DNA from: Octopus sinensis | Taxonomy: Eukaryota | Direction: 5' to 3' | Assembly: GCF_006345805.1 (NCBI RefSeq) | Contig: NC_042999.1 | Span: forward strand, 45,446,001 to 45,510,000 | Length of the DNA: 64,000 nt | Part shown: positions 62,990 to 64,000 of the stretch, one piece after another | How the letters are laid out: each line of letters starts with the position of its first letter | How positions within the stretch are numbered: position 1 is the first letter of the stretch | Position numbers and translations under genes: made by a program | The notes under the pieces: generated by a model | What the model was told of the DNA's origin: nothing | Database searches by the model: none | What the model saw: the letters and a program-made list of their open reading frames with translations, nothing else

Positions 62990-63280
62990 TCACTGTGTTG
63001 ACCAGACTATTGAATGTTGCCATTTACCCTTGATCGCAGTGCACTTCCTTACATTGTTATAACTTTTGAATGATGCCACCCCACTGGCCAGACAAGAAGG
63101 CAGGCAAACATGCCCCCTGAGTGGAATGCCAGTCTGACTCAGTTTTACCCATTTACAGCTGAGTGGACTGGAGCAACTTAAAATAAAGGTGTTTTGCTCA
63201 ACAACACAATGCACCACTAGCCTGAGAACTGAAACCATGAACATGCAATCACAAGTGCAATACCATAGCCACCATGCCAT
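62990..63280 (-). mobile_element. Older C-head SINE variant
   Basis: cccatttacagctgagtggactggagcaac...gctcaacaacacaatgc, the rc of the core. Confidence 0.6.
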
Positions 63281-64000
63281 ACTCCTATATGTATACATAC
63301 ATGTGTATGCATACATATGTATATATATGGGTATGTATGTATATAAACGTATATGAATATATGTGTATTTGTGTATAGATGTATATATATATGAGTATAT
63401 GTCTTTAGTTATGTATATATATGAGTATGTATGTGTATATATATGAGTATGAATATATGTGAATATGTGTGTGTGTGTGTGTATAAATCTATGTACATAA
63501 ATGTGTGTGTGGCTGTGAATGTTCATGTGTATATGTATGCTTATTTTTCTTTGATGTGTAAGTTTTTTTACTTCACAGAATTCAACTCAGCCACGAAAAA
63601 AAAAAAAGGAGCAAGCTTCTTTTGTTTAACCCTTTAGTATTTAATTGGGTATATCAGACCCAAATGTTTTACATATTTTATATTCAAACCAACCAGATAC
63701 AGCTTCTTACACCTACCCTACAATGTCATTCTAAAAAAAAAACAAAAAAAAGCTGTGAGACATTGTATGATAATTAAAAAGATTGTGAATTAATAAGTAT
63801 TACATTTGACAGAATAATTCTGGAGGCTAAAGTGTTAAATCTAAAAAGCTCTTAGGATTGTGGTTATTTGAACTGATTGGTGTGTGCATTTATATATATA
63901 TATATATATCGTTGCTATTATGCAAAAGTATTGTAAGTCCAAAACCTTGCTTTGTTCAGAAAACAAAAAAATAGTTTCACCATTTCATTTTACATTAGCA

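Overview
AT-rich, microsatellite-dense eukaryotic DNA, almost certainly coleoid cephalopod (Octopus-like), judged from recognised tRNA-derived SINE families and RTE 3' ends in (GAT)n; this is pattern recognition, not a database search. No long intact gene is present, and nearly all supplied ORFs are microsatellite or minisatellite translations or decayed transposon pieces. Repeats include several SINE families, 5'-truncated RTE LINEs, a 3-kb RTE-BovB-like relic, a CR1-like RT relic, Tigger/pogo, mariner and maT-like DNA transposons, hAT MITEs, Helitron/Helentron-like elements and Penelope-like termini. A chain of phase-compatible short candidate exons on + (1-8.1 kb, plus two microexons near 24 kb) suggests an unidentified gene. 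Most notable: a tRNA-headed SINE carrying a minimal hammerhead-ribozyme-like motif (28.9-29.3 kb) and two other hammerhead-like termini, a ~98% identical 277-bp inverted duplication with a fold-back scar, a local duplication of a dead RTE segment, a SINE-head palindrome, a 50x22-bp minisatellite fused to an RTE 5' junction, and an apparent CpG-retaining domain from ~46 to ~60 kb.
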